DNA from: Breznakia sp. PF5-3
GTDB lineage: Bacteria; Bacillota_I; Bacilli_A; Erysipelotrichales; Erysipelotrichaceae
Assembly (NCBI RefSeq): GCF_029504745.1
Contig: NZ_JAQFIQ010000046.1
Span: 1-18,575 of the forward strand
Direction of reading: 5' to 3'
Length of the DNA: 18,575 bases
Each line of letters starts with the position of its first letter. Position 1 is the stretch's first letter. The notes under the pieces were generated by a model that was not told the DNA's origin, ran no database searches, and saw only the letters and a list, made by a program, of their open reading frames with translations. Of this stretch, positions 16,886-18,575 are shown one piece after another. Made by a program: the position numbers and the translations under genes.

Positions 16886-17121
16886 AATTTATCTCCTTCT
16901 ATAAATCCATCAACTTTTGACTTTGTAGCTCCCTTCAAGTTTTTAGAAAATTCTACTGCTTTATTCAAATAATTTTGCTTACTCGTTGCTCCTACTTCTG
17001 ATCCGTGTTTAGCATAGTGCTTATCAAGTGAAGTTTGAGGACTATCATGACTACCTTTATCCCAATTCTTCTCTGCAGTATATTCACTACTCTCCGAACC
17101 CTGTACAAGAGAACCTAATTT
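16858..17121 (-). pseudogene. 5'-truncated orphan toxin fragment, no start codon
   Basis: 87 open codons bounded upstream by a TAG (17122-17124): KLGSLVQGSESSEYTAEKNWDKGSHDSPQTSLDKHYAKHGSEVGATSKQNYLNKAVEFSKNLKGATKSKVDGFIEGDKLWDHIMSLQ*. The LDKHY.KHG.E.G...YL..A..F helix pair looks like the opening of small nuclease-type polymorphic toxin domains, but this is a weak recollection. No ATG, GTG or TTG is usable, and there is no Rhs-core homology upstream. Confidence 0.45.
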
Positions 17122-17133
17122 CTAACTACATTG

Positions 17134-17169
17134 ATATTGGACACCTCTCTATAGAAAAGTGTCCAATAT
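17134..17169 (-). repeat. Cassette-boundary hairpin, copy A
   Basis: Plus strand ATATTGGACAC-CTCTCTATAGAAAA-GTGTCCAATAT, with perfect 11-bp arms and a 14-nt loop. It lies 10 nt after the stop of the immunity ORF 17180-17689, and the spacer begins TTAATT. Confidence 0.65.
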
Positions 17170-17179
17170 TTAATTGCGT

Positions 17180-17689
17180 CTACATTATATCAACAAATAA
17201 ACCTAATTCTTCAATTTTTTTTATACTATTCTTTTTTAAATTATCACATACACAATACATATAGTAATCATAGCCAAATTGAATTTTAAATTTATTATTA
17301 ATATCTGTAAATTCACACCATATTAATTCTCTTAAAACTAGAGTGGCTAATATTAGTGCTTCATCTAAATCCAAAATCATTTCATTTTTTGCTTTTTTAA
17401 ATATTTTTTCTGTTTTTGAATAAGGCATATCAAATGTTTTTTTCTTGATTTCTTCAAAAGAAAAATACTTTTCCATCTTTTTTACAATGATATTCTTAGA
17501 ATTAAAATTTTTAAAAATAATACTAATCGAATCCAAATATTTTTTTTCCACTCTCAAATACATCTCTAAACTTAATTTAGTTCCATTAAATTCTTTTCCA
17601 ATTTCTCCTACTGAAGTCCAATCATCTACAGAATATGCTCCATTTTCTACCCTATATTGAGAATTATATTTTGTTATTCTATATTTCAT
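17180..17689 (-). CDS. Putative cognate immunity protein of the main Rhs toxin tip
   Basis: 169 aa from the ATG at 17689 (MKYRITKYNSQY...), with AAGGA 8 nt upstream, 19 nt after the toxin stop at 17709. The longer listed start at 17719 overlaps the toxin gene and lacks an SD. Confidence 0.7.
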   Translation of the reverse strand: MKYRITKYNSQYRVENGAYSVDDWTSVGEIGKEFNGTKLSLEMYLRVEKKYLDSISIIFKNFNSKNIIVKKMEKYFSFEEIKKKTFDMPYSKTEKIFKKAKNEMILDLDEALILATLVLRELIWCEFTDINNKFKIQFGYDYYMYCVCDNLKKNSIKKIEELGLFVDIM

Positions 17690-17708
17690 TTTTTTGTCCT
17701 TTCTCACT

Positions 17709-18575
17709 TTATGGTGCAATCCAATTCAAGTTAGCATCATATGTCCCCATTCGAGTGGATTTACTTCCTAGATTTTTAATTGAATCAGCCATCTTCCAAA
17801 CCCCTCCACTATGTGCATCTACATCTGGGGTAATATATCTATTACCTTTTCGAAATACTTTTTGACCATGTGAATATTGGTTAGTATCTTTGTATCCTAG
17901 TTTATTTGCTGCCTCTGTGGCTTCTTTATTGGTCATAGGAGTCTTATTCGAACCCTTATTTTTATCTTTGTCTTTATTATTAGGATCCCCTGGATCAGAA
18001 GCAGTATTTGATGTGCTAGATGTTTTTACTTTATCCTTCTTTTTCGCATCTGCTTGCTCTTGCTTGTACCTGTTAATTTCATGATATTGTTGGCTATGTG
18101 GTGGGTACAATCCATCCCATTCTTTCCAATACCCTTTCCCAACGTTTACTCCTCCTCGATCACACATCTTCTTCCAAGCATTTGCAACTTCATTTCCTAA
18201 CCCTACAAATCCATCTACTGCATAATCAAATAAGCCTAATGCTCCTGCTGCCAAAATTGCAGCTAATCCTGCTAATATTCTTCCTAAGGTATCAATGATT
18301 GGTGGTAATTGACCTAATACCTCTACATATCCAAGAGTTGGCTTAGGAGCTGGATTGTTTGTTTTCTTTTTTGTTGTATTAGCTGCGGCTTTTTTGGCCA
18401 TTGCATTTGTACCAGATAATAGTGATGATCCAAGCTTCGGTTTCTTTGCCTTATTCCCATCCCTATCCACATACTTATAAGGGTTAGATAAGGTGTAGTT
18501 ATACCGATTCTGTGTTCCTACATCTTCCTTCTCTCCTGCATAGTTGTTATCTATCTGTATGAAGTTTCCTATACT
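17709..18575 (-). CDS. Rhs/WapA-type YD-repeat polymorphic toxin, 3' end only (core end plus C-terminal toxin tip); partial, continues past the right edge
   Basis: The frame is open to the window edge (867 nt, in frame with the stop at 17709). It reads SIGNFIQIDNNYAGEKEDVGTQNRYNYTLSNPYKYVDRDGNK, matching the RHS repeat-associated core end (RYY.P.IGRFI..D.Y.G....N.Y.Y...NP..Y.D..G). The variable tip follows: a hydrophobic LGRILAGLAAILAAGALGLF segment, a K/D/N-rich linker and a terminal module ...KLGYKDTNQYSHGQKVFRKGNRYITPDVDAHSGGVWKMADSIKNLGSKSTRMGTYDANLNWIAP*. Confidence 0.85.
   Translation of the reverse strand, partial: SIGNFIQIDNNYAGEKEDVGTQNRYNYTLSNPYKYVDRDGNKAKKPKLGSSLLSGTNAMAKKAAANTTKKKTNNPAPKPTLGYVEVLGQLPPIIDTLGRILAGLAAILAAGALGLFDYAVDGFVGLGNEVANAWKKMCDRGGVNVGKGYWKEWDGLYPPHSQQYHEINRYKQEQADAKKKDKVKTSSTSNTASDPGDPNNKDKDKNKGSNKTPMTNKEATEAANKLGYKDTNQYSHGQKVFRKGNRYITPDVDAHSGGVWKMADSIKNLGSKSTRMGTYDANLNWIAP

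Noticed and set aside
15770-17169. The three boundary hairpins as ordinary rho-independent terminators or as integron attC sites
   Set aside because: No U-run follows the stem on the coding strand (contrast 8876-8913). No integrase gene or attI is in the window. The elements are shorter than typical attC sites and I see no GTTRRRY-type core. I therefore left them as an unexplained conserved element.
10838-18298. Plus-strand ORFs 10838-11026, 14646-14852, 15281-15469, 17028-17264, 17445-17660, 17635-17865, 17890-18084 and 18098-18298
   Set aside because: Each is antisense to a better-supported minus-strand gene or toxin fragment. 17028-17264 also spans hairpin A and an intergenic gap.
10023-18575. 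Repeated 40-200 bp segments as a possible CRISPR array
   Set aside because: The repeats are coding Rhs core-end homology of unequal length and divergence, spaced 2-5 kb apart. There are no short regular repeat-spacer units and no cas genes.

Overview
Strongly AT-rich, Firmicutes-style sequence (AGGAGG-type ribosome-binding sites, some TTG/GTG starts). Almost all real genes are on the minus strand. There are three blocks. (1) 373-6735 is a complete, translationally coupled four-gene Wadjet (JetABCD / MksBEFG condensin-like) anti-plasmid operon. This is a known defence system, not a new one. (2) IS debris lies on both sides of it. A decayed IS3-family transposase tail plus terminus sits at 1-331. 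A possible IS256-like transposase N-terminal stub (6953-7050) is cut by a 1242-bp IS3-family element (7051-8292) whose single transposase frame carries four nonsense codons. A 31-bp sequence (IS terminus plus 5 flanking bases) occurs in direct orientation at 306-336 and 8267-8297, bracketing the Wadjet operon. (3) 9040-18575 holds the 3' end of a large Rhs/WapA-type YD-repeat polymorphic toxin gene that runs off the right edge. Its C-terminal toxin tip and cognate immunity gene are followed by at least seven orphan toxin-tip/immunity cassettes. Every orphan toxin piece is damaged (nonsense codon, frameshift, 5' truncation or internal deletion), while every adjacent immunity-type ORF is intact. 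The array is structured by four copies of the Rhs core-end sequence and three copies of a conserved 35-38 bp hairpin placed 7-10 nt after immunity stop codons. The least-described parts are the hairpin element, the paralogous toxin-tip / 340-aa membrane-anchored protein pairs, and a lipoprotein + 318-aa gene pair behind a toxin-less Rhs tip. No rRNA, tRNA or CRISPR array was seen. All family assignments come from motif recognition by eye and need HMM or BLAST confirmation.
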